A stretch of DNA of 64,000 nt from Candidatus Spechtbacteria bacterium (GCA_016188605.1 JACPHP010000012.1:149-64148); one strand, 5' to 3'; shown: positions 38,607 to 47,014, numbered from the stretch's first letter. Numbers and translations: made by a program. The notes: generated from the sequence alone by a model not told the origin.

Positions 38607-38684
38607 ATGGAACTCTGGATGATTATTGTCGTAGTCGTTTTCATCGTTATGGCTGTCTGGTATGCCAATTCGAAAACCTCTTAA
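38607..38684 (+). CDS. Candidate 25-aa hydrophobic membrane peptide (MELWMIIVVVVFIVMAVWYANSKTS).
   Basis: It has a strong SD (GGGGGAGG) 5 nt upstream and is followed by two hairpins (38690-38714 and 38735-38776). It is below the ORF-track size cutoff. Confidence 0.35.
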   Translation: MELWMIIVVVVFIVMAVWYANSKTS

Positions 38685-38734
38685 GCTTAATGCGTCAGCT
38701 TATTGCTGACGCATATTCATTTTCATACAATATA

Positions 38735-38776
38735 CAACAGAGAGGCGCGGCTAAATAGCCGCGCCTCTCTGTTGTA
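38735..38776. terminator. Strong bidirectional terminator (ACAACAGAGAGGCGCGGC-TAAATA-GCCGCGCCTCTCTGTTGT).
   Basis: Seen directly; 18-bp stem. Confidence 0.7.
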
Positions 38777-38783
38777 CTAAATG

Positions 38784-39794
38784 CTACGCTCCACATGACC
38801 CTCCACCACCGGTATTTGTTGGCGGCGCAACTTCTTGATAAATTTTTTGCGACCCGCTTGCGCTTGAATAAGCAGCCCCTAACACTTCTTTAGCATCAAC
38901 ATCTTTCCATTCCACGCCACGCTTTGAAAAATATTGAGCAATAGTTAGATACGTATCAGGAAACCAATATGAGTTTGCCTGCAAAGCTATTTTATACATC
39001 CGATCTTCTGAAGCGCCTTGCGAAGCCATTAATTCCAAGAGCCCAAGCATTGCCATTCCGTGATTGCAATCAGGAAAATACACGGGGTTATTGCAACATG
39101 GACGGTAGATACCTTTTGCCACACGCTCAACCATCTGCTGTTGATCGGTTGTTAGCGTTATAAACGAATAGTGACTGTAATGATTCATGGCATCGCCTTT
39201 AGCCAGGGTCCATCCACCGGTTGAAGCAAAGCGATCAGCTCCACCATATTTCTCGTCCTTCATTGGCCCTGAATCCAAAATATCATTTTTATTACCAAGT
39301 CCTAACGCCCAAAAAAGATTAAGCAGATAATTTGAGTTCTTGGCATTCATGGTCAGACTGCCATTGGCCGTGCCATAGAGAAGATTTTTATCTTCATCAG
39401 ACAGCGCTTGACCTCTCTTGGCGTACATTTCTTCCATCCTAGGACCATCAATTACGCCAGAATCTGTCATTTGTTTGCCAATGTCATTCCATTTTACTTC
39501 CAGATTCACACCATCTTCTGGCAAAACAACATCCTGAAGCGCGGCATATGCTGGGTCAATCTGCGAGGTAGTCTTTACGTCAGAATTCGCGGCAACCTTA
39601 GCCAAATTGTTGCGTGAAAAAGAAAGCGCGAATTTTGGCGTCATTTGAATATGCACCGTAAAGATCTGCAAGCCAACAAAAACAATAAATGATGCGACTA
39701 TAAACACCGCCCAGCCAATAAACATGGTACGTCCCGAGAGTTGCGCTATCTCGCTTGCTATTCCACTACCATCTTCTTTTTTGAATTCCTCCAT
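38784..39794 (-). CDS. Hypothetical extracytoplasmic, membrane-anchored protein with a conserved Cys cluster (YRPCCNNPVYFPDCNHG, C-terminal GGGGSCGA).
   Basis: It is likely to start at the internal MEEFKK, which avoids a 70-nt overlap with the ccdA-like gene. It has a TM helix. Confidence 0.45.
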   Translation of the reverse strand: MEEFKKEDGSGIASEIAQLSGRTMFIGWAVFIVASFIVFVGLQIFTVHIQMTPKFALSFSRNNLAKVAANSDVKTTSQIDPAYAALQDVVLPEDGVNLEVKWNDIGKQMTDSGVIDGPRMEEMYAKRGQALSDEDKNLLYGTANGSLTMNAKNSNYLLNLFWALGLGNKNDILDSGPMKDEKYGGADRFASTGGWTLAKGDAMNHYSHYSFITLTTDQQQMVERVAKGIYRPCCNNPVYFPDCNHGMAMLGLLELMASQGASEDRMYKIALQANSYWFPDTYLTIAQYFSKRGVEWKDVDAKEVLGAAYSSASGSQKIYQEVAPPTNTGGGGSCGA

Positions 39795-39799
39795 AAATA

Positions 39800-40657
39800 T
39801 TACTGCTCCTTTCTGCTGAACGCCTTCCAGAGCATAAATAAGAATAAACCTATAATAATAAAACCCCAAAATGCGTCGGGAACGCGGGAAAGAAAGCTAA
39901 ATAATTGCTGCGACCACATGTTCAGCTGCTCGCCAATTTTTACTTGATATTCAGGCGCCCAGAAAAAATTTCCAGTGAACGCGATAGCAAGTAGAACTAC
40001 GCCCATTATTAAGAATACCATGCCTGCAAAAAGATTCGTAGAGTGTACGTAATACGTTTTGCCTAGAATCGTGATATCCCATATCCTGCCGCGAATTATC
40101 GCGGATTTTTCAAGCTTGAAATGATCGTAGAAGTACGCCGCAACGAACAGCGGGAATGTCATGCCGAATGTATACGCAAATACCACAATGAGCGCTTTCC
40201 AAAAAGCTCCTGATATAACAGCTAGTGTTACTGCTCCTACAAGCACCGGCGCGCAGCAAGAGGTCGCCGCTCCAGAAAATAGCCCCAGAACAAAAACTGA
40301 TTTTACACTCGAAGCGTCCACCGCGGGCGCGATTTTTGACATCTTCCACAAAGAGAATCCTTTGCCCAGCACGGCCATCACCCCAAGAATAAGCATGAAT
40401 GCACCACCAACTATATACAACTCGCGATGAAAATTCTGAAAGACCTGAGCGAGCCCTGCCGCGCCAAGGCCGATTGGAATAAGCACAGCCGCCACTCCAA
40501 AGAAAAACACAACCGTCATCTTGATGATATTTTTTCTCTCCTGAAGGGCTGAGGCAAGATAGGCAGGCAAAAGCACTGTTATACAGCAAGGCGCGAATAA
40601 AGCCACCATGCCAGCGAGAAAAGCGGCGAGAATTGAAGCGCTAAAGATAATGTCCAT
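39800..40657 (-). CDS. CcdA/DsbD-family thiol-disulfide transmembrane electron transporter.
   Basis: TM1 contains CC (LFAPCCITVLLPAYL). It is polytopic. Confidence 0.75.
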   Translation of the reverse strand: MDIIFSASILAAFLAGMVALFAPCCITVLLPAYLASALQERKNIIKMTVVFFFGVAAVLIPIGLGAAGLAQVFQNFHRELYIVGGAFMLILGVMAVLGKGFSLWKMSKIAPAVDASSVKSVFVLGLFSGAATSCCAPVLVGAVTLAVISGAFWKALIVVFAYTFGMTFPLFVAAYFYDHFKLEKSAIIRGRIWDITILGKTYYVHSTNLFAGMVFLIMGVVLLAIAFTGNFFWAPEYQVKIGEQLNMWSQQLFSFLSRVPDAFWGFIIIGLFLFMLWKAFSRKEQ

Positions 40658-40680
40658 AAAATTTAATTAATATCAATTAA

Positions 40681-41208
40681 TTACTGCGTTACCATAGCCT
40701 GGAAATCAAACACAACCTTTGGGAACTTCTGCGAATTAGTCTCAAGATATACTGATCTTTGCGCCAGGCCAACGCCAGATGGGCCATGCGCCGCTGGATC
40801 AAATATTGCGGTTACCTTAACCTTTTTGCCTGGAGCAACTGTAATATCAGCGGCTGAAGATGCGCCGCCATGTCCAGGCATGCCAAACTTGCCAAGTTCA
40901 TTTCCTGCTTCATCGATTATTGTTGCCGTTGTGCACATGCATGTTGTGTATACTTTATAAATATGCACCGGCTCATTGCCGTCATTTACAACATTAAACT
41001 CGTGATTCACCCTTCCGTTTGCCATCGAGATAGTGCCAAAATCAAAATTAGTATCGCCTACAACATGTAATGCGCTTGCGGAAAATTCGCTTGCGCCAGC
41101 GCTTACGCCAGAATTTTTCTGACCAGCTGTTCCAAGATATACAATTACTCCCAGAAACAACACGGCCCCAACTCCATATAATGCTATTGTTTTTATTTGA
41201 TTGGTCAT
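40681..41208 (-). CDS. DUF1573-like membrane-anchored protein (CMCT variant of the CGCT motif).
   Basis: Contains FDFGTISMANGRVNHEFNVVNDGNEPV and TTCMCTT. Confidence 0.55.
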   Translation of the reverse strand: MTNQIKTIALYGVGAVLFLGVIVYLGTAGQKNSGVSAGASEFSASALHVVGDTNFDFGTISMANGRVNHEFNVVNDGNEPVHIYKVYTTCMCTTATIIDEAGNELGKFGMPGHGGASSAADITVAPGKKVKVTAIFDPAAHGPSGVGLAQRSVYLETNSQKFPKVVFDFQAMVTQ

Positions 41209-41227
41209 AATGAAATTTAATAAATCT

Positions 41228-41345
41228 CGGCCAGAGCAAGAAATACAACGTAGAGTTGCGTGCGTAAAGCACCGTGGGTGCCACGCACCTCTACGGTGGC
41301 AACCACGTTGCTTTACGCAAGAGAATGTATTTCTACGTTTAACAA
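41228..41345. other. Highly structured element of about 118 nt in the leader of the DUF1573 gene. It is a copy of the AGAAATACA-loop-TGTATTTCT element (also at 44335-44385) carrying an insertion of about 75 nt with nested helices.
   Basis: The shared flanks are GCCAGAGCAAGAAATACAAC ... AATGTATTTCTACGTTTAA. Within the insert, GCGTAAAGCA pairs with TGCTTTACGC, GTGCGT pairs with ACGCAC, and CGTGG pairs with CCACG. Confidence 0.3.
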
Positions 41346-41390
41346 AAATTACAACAAAATGTAATTTTACGCTAAACGCTAAGGCTGATC

Positions 41391-41450
41391 CCCGCCAAAG
41401 GCGCCTGCCCGCCTTTGGCGGGAAAAAAAACCGTTTATCTTAATAAACGG
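41391..41450 (-). terminator. Terminator for 41584..42030 (hairpin CCGTTTAT-CTTAAT-AAACGG followed by T8 on the minus strand), with an adjacent 11-bp-stem hairpin.
   Basis: Seen directly. Confidence 0.6.
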
Positions 41451-41583
41451 GCGCGCAACTCAAAAAATAATTTTCACCCCGTTAGAAATACACTGCCTAA
41501 AACTATTACGTGATGAAAAATTAATAGTTATACTACAAAGTCTTCACCGCTAATACATAGATTTCTAACAGGTTAAGCGCGCC

Positions 41584-42030
41584 CTAAAAAGCGTATGAAT
41601 CGCGATTTGTATGCAGCGCAAACCAACGAGAAAATTGTTGGCGAGATATGAATACCGATTCTTCACGCTCTCGAAGCGTCTCCCTATAACCGTGTAAATA
41701 AAAACTACCAAACCCACGCGCAACTGCCACAACAGCAGCGGTGTTCAATAGCGCTATCGCTATCAATAATGCAAAGAGCATCGAAGCGCTTGATTCTGTC
41801 GTCGCTCTAGAAAGCGTCTGAAATGTAGATAAATGATGAACGCCAGAGCCGCCAGCTTCCGCATTTTGCCGCGGGCACTCATATCCCATCAACTCAAAAA
41901 CAGGACACATGTGCCGCGCTACATGCCCCATCAAGCCAAAACCAAACGTACCCATAGCCATTATGCCCAATATAAACAAAAATACGAAAATTCTTGAATT
42001 CATATAATTAGTATAGCAAAAATACCCCAA
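41584..42030 (-). CDS. Hypothetical membrane protein with an HMCP...YECP Cys/His motif.
   Basis: ORF with two hydrophobic helices. Confidence 0.4.
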   Translation of the reverse strand: MGYFCYTNYMNSRIFVFLFILGIMAMGTFGFGLMGHVARHMCPVFELMGYECPRQNAEAGGSGVHHLSTFQTLSRATTESSASMLFALLIAIALLNTAAVVAVARGFGSFYLHGYRETLREREESVFISRQQFSRWFALHTNRDSYAF

Positions 42031-42110
42031 AAAGCGACTTGGCGTAAGCAGTTATTCAAAAAGTCGCCGTGCTTAAGCGCACGACGACTTTAACCCATTA
42101 GGGCTTTGCT

Positions 42111-42494
42111 TCAAGTTCCTCTATTTGGAGGAGGCATCACTTCATAATAATCAGCTTGATTTGCCTCTACTTGAAAGGTCTTGAGAAGATATTGATGAAT
42201 TTCTACCGGATCATACGGCTTGCAGGAAAATACATCCACGCACACCTCTCCCGTACCGTAAGGAAACGAAAACGTGTGGATGGTGATGTGGGAAAAATCC
42301 ACTCCGCAAAGAGACGTCAGTCCGGGGTTAGACGGGACCCCTTCAAAACTATGAGGACCTGTCATTATAGTCATCTCGCACATAGCCGCTATATCTCTCA
42401 ATGCCTGCTCAACGCGGTCTTTGTCCCAAGTGATTTTCTCCGGCACGCCCAAAGCGTCAAAGATCCAATGATAGCGCTTGGTCTGCATTTCCAT
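42111..42494 (-). CDS. speH: S-adenosylmethionine decarboxylase (class 1b SpeH/SpeD-like) proenzyme homolog.
   Basis: GVDFSHITIHTFSFPY...VCVDVFSC aligns with LSESHISIHTWPE...AVDVFTC of the Bacillus enzyme. Phe-Ser is present at the position of the canonical Glu-Ser cleavage site. Confidence 0.65.
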   Translation of the reverse strand: MEMQTKRYHWIFDALGVPEKITWDKDRVEQALRDIAAMCEMTIMTGPHSFEGVPSNPGLTSLCGVDFSHITIHTFSFPYGTGEVCVDVFSCKPYDPVEIHQYLLKTFQVEANQADYYEVMPPPNRGT

Positions 42495-42724
42495 TCCATA
42501 GCCCTCCTTCTGCGCAAATACCCCTACTGTACGATATTGATTTATTCATTCATGATACCGTGCCATAAAAACCCTAGCAATTTGTTAATAATTCCACGCA
42601 AATAATAAATACTACTATAATATATGGCAAGTAAAAACGCAAGGCGAAGTCCATTGACGAAAAAGTCGTTATCTGAAAAACTTAATTAATAGGTTAATTG
42701 ATCTTTCACAAATTCTAGAGGAGG

Positions 42725-43378
42725 TTGGCTAAATTGGCTACAATAGAAAAAATCGAACTCCTTGAAAATGCTTTATCTCGTTTTCGTCAGGCGCCAATGG
42801 AAGAATCCGGAGAAGAAAAAATATTGGCCTATCGAGATGCTGAAATGCGCCTTGCTGATTTCATGCCTAACGAGCTTAATCTAACATCTCTATATCTGCT
42901 GGAAGATCATATCGAATCACTAAAAAGGTTGAGGGCAGAATTTCTTGATAGATATCAAATCGATATACTGCGGTTATCATCGGTTCTCCATATTAAAACC
43001 GATGACGGCCTGCTAGTTGGGATGGCGCCGCCATTTGTTGAAATCTACGAGGAAACTGTTCGGATAGTCTCTCGCCCGGGAGACAGACGTCCGCCCGCGA
43101 CAGTTCTGCTTCAAATCCCGGTGCTAATAGATGGCATTCATCGCGCGTGGATCGCCAGAGAAGAGGGACTATCTCTTAGATGTATTGTGGTTAGTGGCGC
43201 GTTAAAAGCATATCCGCCTTATGCTTACCCCAATGACTGGTCGCAAGTACGGGTGTACAGCACTAAACCGGAAACCAAAAAGTTTTATCGCCGAGAGGAT
43301 GCGCATTCCTACATGGCTCCGCTTACGGTTCTGCGGCAAACCGGAGATGCTCCTCCGCCTCGAGAATGGGGTAGATAA
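42725..43378 (+). CDS. Hypothetical protein, possibly with a ParB/sulfiredoxin-like fold.
   Basis: SD GGAGG upstream. The segment IPVLIDGIHRAWIAREEG resembles the ParB N-terminal domain. Weak. Confidence 0.3.
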   Translation: MAKLATIEKIELLENALSRFRQAPMEESGEEKILAYRDAEMRLADFMPNELNLTSLYLLEDHIESLKRLRAEFLDRYQIDILRLSSVLHIKTDDGLLVGMAPPFVEIYEETVRIVSRPGDRRPPATVLLQIPVLIDGIHRAWIAREEGLSLRCIVVSGALKAYPPYAYPNDWSQVRVYSTKPETKKFYRREDAHSYMAPLTVLRQTGDAPPPREWGR

Positions 43379-43422
43379 AAAATCAAAGACCGCTTGCTTA
43401 GCGGTCTTTTCTATTACAAAAA

Positions 43423-43995
43423 TTATAGTGATTTTATTGTACTGATATAAAACGGCAGTTCTTCCCAAGAATGGATGCGGGGGTATTTACTGTGTGGAAA
43501 ATTGTCATGGGGATCAAAAAGAATGCGGCGCGCCACATTTGGCATCTGGTCGAGCACATTCTGCCTATCATCGATATAGACGGATACGCCTAGACGTTGC
43601 GCGACTAATTGCTTCTCTGCATCATCTCGCACAAAAAAGATATTTTCTTTACTTAGGGGAGGAATGATATTTTGCTCAATCCACTTCATGCCATATTCCG
43701 CCTCAACGCCGTTACCGCGGCGCGAGATAATGTATATAGGACCAAAAGCCGCCGCTAATTTTTCAATCGTCTCTTTGGCGCTGGGCATTACTGAAGCGCG
43801 TAAAGAATCTTCGCCATAAACCATAGCACCAATCTTTGTATAATCATTCTCAGGTATCTTTAATTTCATTATATCAGATACTGCCTCGCCCTCCGTTAAA
43901 GAGTGTCCGAGCTGCCTCGCCAGATCAATTTTAGTGCGAGTATGGTCGGCAATTGTGCCATCGAGGTCAGAGGCGATAATTAGGCGATGCGACAT
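43423..43995 (-). CDS. HAD-superfamily phosphatase (nucleotidase-like).
   Basis: Motif I is LIIASDLDGTIAD. Size is 190 aa. Confidence 0.65.
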   Translation of the reverse strand: MSHRLIIASDLDGTIADHTRTKIDLARQLGHSLTEGEAVSDIMKLKIPENDYTKIGAMVYGEDSLRASVMPSAKETIEKLAAAFGPIYIISRRGNGVEAEYGMKWIEQNIIPPLSKENIFFVRDDAEKQLVAQRLGVSVYIDDRQNVLDQMPNVARRILFDPHDNFPHSKYPRIHSWEELPFYISTIKSL

Positions 43996-44014
43996 ATTAA
44001 ATATTTATTTTGAC

Positions 44015-44300
44015 TTTATATAAGGTAACGCAGCCTGCGGGGCTACGCGATTTTGCCTTTATACAAATTGGTATAAGGTAGCCCAGCCACACAAACGTGT
44101 GCGGCTGGATGATTTTGCTTTTATACAAGGTAGCGCAACCCCGCCACGGTGGGGTTGCGCGATTTCGCTTAACGCAAATAGAATCAAGGGTAAAGTTGTT
44201 AACGCAGCGCTGCTGCGCTGCGCGATTTTGCCTTTATATAATACGGGTAATAACCCAACGTGTCCTACTTAACACGTTGGGTTATTACCCGTATATTAAA
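44015..44300. repeat. Tandem array of five hairpins with different stems (7 to 22 bp). Each is followed by the conserved tail GCGATTTTGCCTTTATA(C/T)AAGGTA.
   Basis: The units start near 44015, 44054, 44108, 44163 and 44226. Unit 5 has a perfect 22-bp stem (TACGGGTAATAACCCAACGTGT ... ACACGTTGGGTTATTACCCGTA). Confidence 0.6.
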
Positions 44301-44312
44301 TAAGAGCAAAAT

Positions 44313-44332
44313 TGGCTGCGGGACCTGGATTC
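44313..44332. repeat. 20-nt duplicate of the tRNA-Gln 3' end (TGGCTGCGGGACCTGGATTC), att-like.
   Basis: It is identical to 45902-45921 of the tRNA gene 1.57 kb away. It is directly followed by the GCCAGAGCAAGAAATACAAC element. Confidence 0.6.
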
Positions 44333-44573
44333 TCCGCCAGAGCAAGAAATACAACAAAATGTATTTCTACGTTTAAGCGGACTCGCCTTGGGCGAGGAAC
44401 CAAGATACCATAAAACCCTACGTATTTAGAACAAAGAAATTCTTCTTTGAGCTGGCTAGCTCGGTCTAGAACCTGGGCTTTGAGAGGGATTCTGGGGCTT
44501 TTTAGGGATGTCTTATCTACCCGTCTCGGTCAGGGTCATTATACTCGAAACTCTATAAATAATACTGATTTTG

Positions 44574-44834
44574 TTAACTTCTCTTTTTAATGAAGTCGGA
44601 GGCCGTCCCCAACAATTCTGCTCCAAAGCCCAATATTGCTCCTGATATTGCTCCTTTCCCAATAGTATACCAGTTAAATCCACCTCCCCGGAAAACAAAG
44701 AAGGTGGCGAGTATGAGCCCTACGATAGCGCCAATGGTTAAACCGCCCCAAACTGCATTCTTTTTTCGCCAGAAAACTACTACCAAAACAACTGTTATGG
44801 TTCCAAGAATTTTCCAGATATCAAGGTTTGCCAC
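44574..44834 (-). CDS. GlsB/YeaQ/YmgE-family small membrane protein.
   Basis: 86 aa with Gly-rich TM helices (GGLTIGAIVGLILATFFVFRGGGF). Confidence 0.45.
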   Translation of the reverse strand: MANLDIWKILGTITVVLVVVFWRKKNAVWGGLTIGAIVGLILATFFVFRGGGFNWYTIGKGAISGAILGFGAELLGTASDFIKKRS

Positions 44835-44899
44835 AATTATCTTTTCAAGAATTTTAGTTATGCGTCTCGGTCAAATTAAAGGCCTCTGTCTAATTTGTT

Positions 44900-45082
44900 T
44901 TAATCTCGTCTTGATTGTCCTAGGCCGTAAGCAAAAACGACAGGAAAGCTAATACCCCAAGCAATCCAAAAATATCTATATTCGTCAAAATCAAGTATGT
45001 TAAGTGTTGCTGCTAAAAGCGGAAGCCAAAGCCCACTAGTCCAATATAATAGTATCAATATTTCTTTTGTTTTATAATTCAT
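44900..45082 (-). CDS. Small membrane protein (60 aa).
   Basis: ORF only. Confidence 0.3.
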   Translation of the reverse strand: MNYKTKEILILLYWTSGLWLPLLAATLNILDFDEYRYFWIAWGISFPVVFAYGLGQSRRD

Positions 45083-45102
45083 TTCTCTCTTGCTATAAAA
45101 CT

Positions 45103-45546
45103 TTAATTAGACAATTTTTTGGTATTTTCCTGACCCACTTCGGGCGGCGGTTCAATACGACTCTTTTTTAACCAAAGAGTTAAATTCAACGCTGGCAACA
45201 ATAATGAAAGTATTGCTATAGAAAATAATGCAACCGGATATTTTATAGAACCATTGTTTGTCCAATTCAAGCCATACATAAAATAGTACGCAATTATAAC
45301 TAAGCAAGTTATTAACCATATCAATGCTTTGTCTTTCTTGGCAAATTCTTGATACTGGGCATTTTTAACCTTGTAAAAATGAACTTGCGCCATAATAAAA
45401 ACGTATATGGCCCATATTGCACCAATATCCGTTCGAAATACATTAAGAAGTCCGAATCCAACAAGGTAACTCATCCCTTGTAATTTTTGATTGTGCCAAA
45501 ACAATCCAGATCCAGGAAAAATCAAGTTTATTATTACAGAGATCAT
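45103..45546 (-). CDS. Hypothetical membrane protein (147 aa).
   Basis: ORF with four hydrophobic helices. Confidence 0.4.
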   Translation of the reverse strand: MISVIINLIFPGSGLFWHNQKLQGMSYLVGFGLLNVFRTDIGAIWAIYVFIMAQVHFYKVKNAQYQEFAKKDKALIWLITCLVIIAYYFMYGLNWTNNGSIKYPVALFSIAILSLLLPALNLTLWLKKSRIEPPPEVGQENTKKLSN

Positions 45547-45548
45547 AT

Positions 45549-45845
45549 CTATTTAGAAACAATTAATCCAATTATAGCTCCTATCGCTATAAGTAGGATA
45601 AAAAAGATGAATCTTTTCCACGAAGGATAATCACTGTATTCATCTTCAATATCCTTAACTAAAGAATTTGCAAAGTTGGAAACTTCCTCAACTCCCTTGT
45701 TTCGCGAAGCCGCATGAAGTCCCCGACTCATCTCTAGCCATGATTTAATCTTTCCTCTCAATCTATTTTCTTGATAATGCTGATAGCCAGTGAAGATCAA
45801 TGAAATAAGTGCAATTATTGTAGGTATTATAAATTCCATGTTCAT
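45549..45845 (-). CDS. Hypothetical membrane protein (98 aa).
   Basis: ORF only; 2 nt from the next gene. Confidence 0.4.
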   Translation of the reverse strand: MNMEFIIPTIIALISLIFTGYQHYQENRLRGKIKSWLEMSRGLHAASRNKGVEEVSNFANSLVKDIEDEYSDYPSWKRFIFFILLIAIGAIIGLIVSK

Positions 45846-45901
45846 AATTTAAACTACAAGTTATATATTATGCGCCTCGGTCACCTGACTTAGCATATGA
45901 C

Positions 45902-45975
45902 TGGCTGCGGGACCTGGATTCGAACCAAGATACTCGCCTCCAGGGGGCGATGTCCTACCGTTAGACGATCCCGCA
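45902..45975 (-). tRNA. tRNA-Gln (anticodon CTG) with encoded CCA. It has a U1:A72 pair and an unusual C at position 33.
   Basis: The cloverleaf was folded by hand: acceptor TGCGGGA/TCCCGCA, T-arm CTTGG-TTCGAAT-CCAGG, anticodon stem TCGCC/GGCGA with loop CCCTGGA. Confidence 0.65.
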
Positions 45976-45982
45976 AAGCAAA

Positions 45983-46013
45983 AATGAAAGCCTGCATACA
46001 GGCTTTCATTTTT
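45983..46013. terminator. Terminator after ftsX (AAATGAAAGCCTG-CATA-CAGGCTTTCATTTTTT).
   Basis: Seen directly. Confidence 0.7.
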
Positions 46014-46060
46014 TATATAACAATTTAAGTCATTCGTCCAGCGACTTTGCTTGTACTTAT

Positions 46061-47014
46061 TTACACATGCAAATACCTTCTTGTCGCAATAAAACTGCTA
46101 ATGATACCAAGGCTCATACCAATAAAAGGCAGTACAAATAAAAGCGAAAAAAAGTTAGCGCGATAATAAGCAAATAAATCAATTTCGGAAAAGACTGCGG
46201 AAAAATTGGGGGTCAACAGCCATGTCATCAGCAAAGATAATAACAATGTTATAATGCCCGCAAAAAGCCCGTAGAGCGCGCCTGAAACAATGAATGGGCC
46301 GCGAATATACCAGTTACCCGCTCCTACTAAACGCATGATACCAATCTCCTCTCGCGCGGAATAAATAGCCAGGCGTATGGTGTTAAATGTTACCAGCACC
46401 ACAAATGTTCCTAGCACTATGCTCATAAAAATACCAACACGCTCAATGCTGGAACTGATGGAAATAATTTTATCAATCACCTTTTGATTTTCACGATAGT
46501 TAATTTTATCAATATATTGACGATAACCAGAACCCTCTAAAAACGTAGCAATAGATTCAAACTGAGTCGCTTGGGACGCCTTGATGTTCAATGTTGCCTG
46601 CAAAGGATTTGAACCAAGCTCATTTAGCGAATCCATGAGCACGGCATTATCTTTATGTTTTTCTTTAAAAGTATCAATGGCCTGATCGCGCGAAATATAC
46701 TGCACGTCCCTAACCTCCGGGCGAGCCTCTAGCACGCTTTTTGCCTGTAATATATCGCCTTCCTTAGCGTCCGGCACAAAATACACACTCACGTCAACTT
46801 TCTGCTGGAGAGAGGAAATAAATGTTTCCGTCATAGAACGGCCGATCACTATAATAGCAATCATGGAAAGTGCCAAAATCATTATACCGATAGTGGCACT
46901 TGATACCCAGATGTTACGCCAAAAATTTAGCCAACCGTATTTTAATATTCTAGTGAAAGTATGCATGTGATTAGATTTTGCCACGCGCCGCAGCGCGTTC
47001 GCAAAATCAATCAT
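46061..47014 (-). CDS. ftsX: Cell-division ABC transporter permease FtsX.
   Basis: It has the FtsX topology and a conserved C-terminal four-TM region. Confidence 0.85.
   Translation of the reverse strand: MIDFANALRRVAKSNHMHTFTRILKYGWLNFWRNIWVSSATIGIMILALSMIAIIVIGRSMTETFISSLQQKVDVSVYFVPDAKEGDILQAKSVLEARPEVRDVQYISRDQAIDTFKEKHKDNAVLMDSLNELGSNPLQATLNIKASQATQFESIATFLEGSGYRQYIDKINYRENQKVIDKIISISSSIERVGIFMSIVLGTFVVLVTFNTIRLAIYSAREEIGIMRLVGAGNWYIRGPFIVSGALYGLFAGIITLLLSLLMTWLLTPNFSAVFSEIDLFAYYRANFFSLLFVLPFIGMSLGIISSFIATRRYLHV

Noticed and set aside
43996-44310. A CRISPR array was considered, with the conserved ~26-nt linker as repeat and variable units as spacers.
   Set aside because: The variable units are themselves perfect or near-perfect palindromes of very different lengths. 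The 'repeats' degrade between units and there are no cas genes. Tandem hairpin-plus-T-tail modules fit better.
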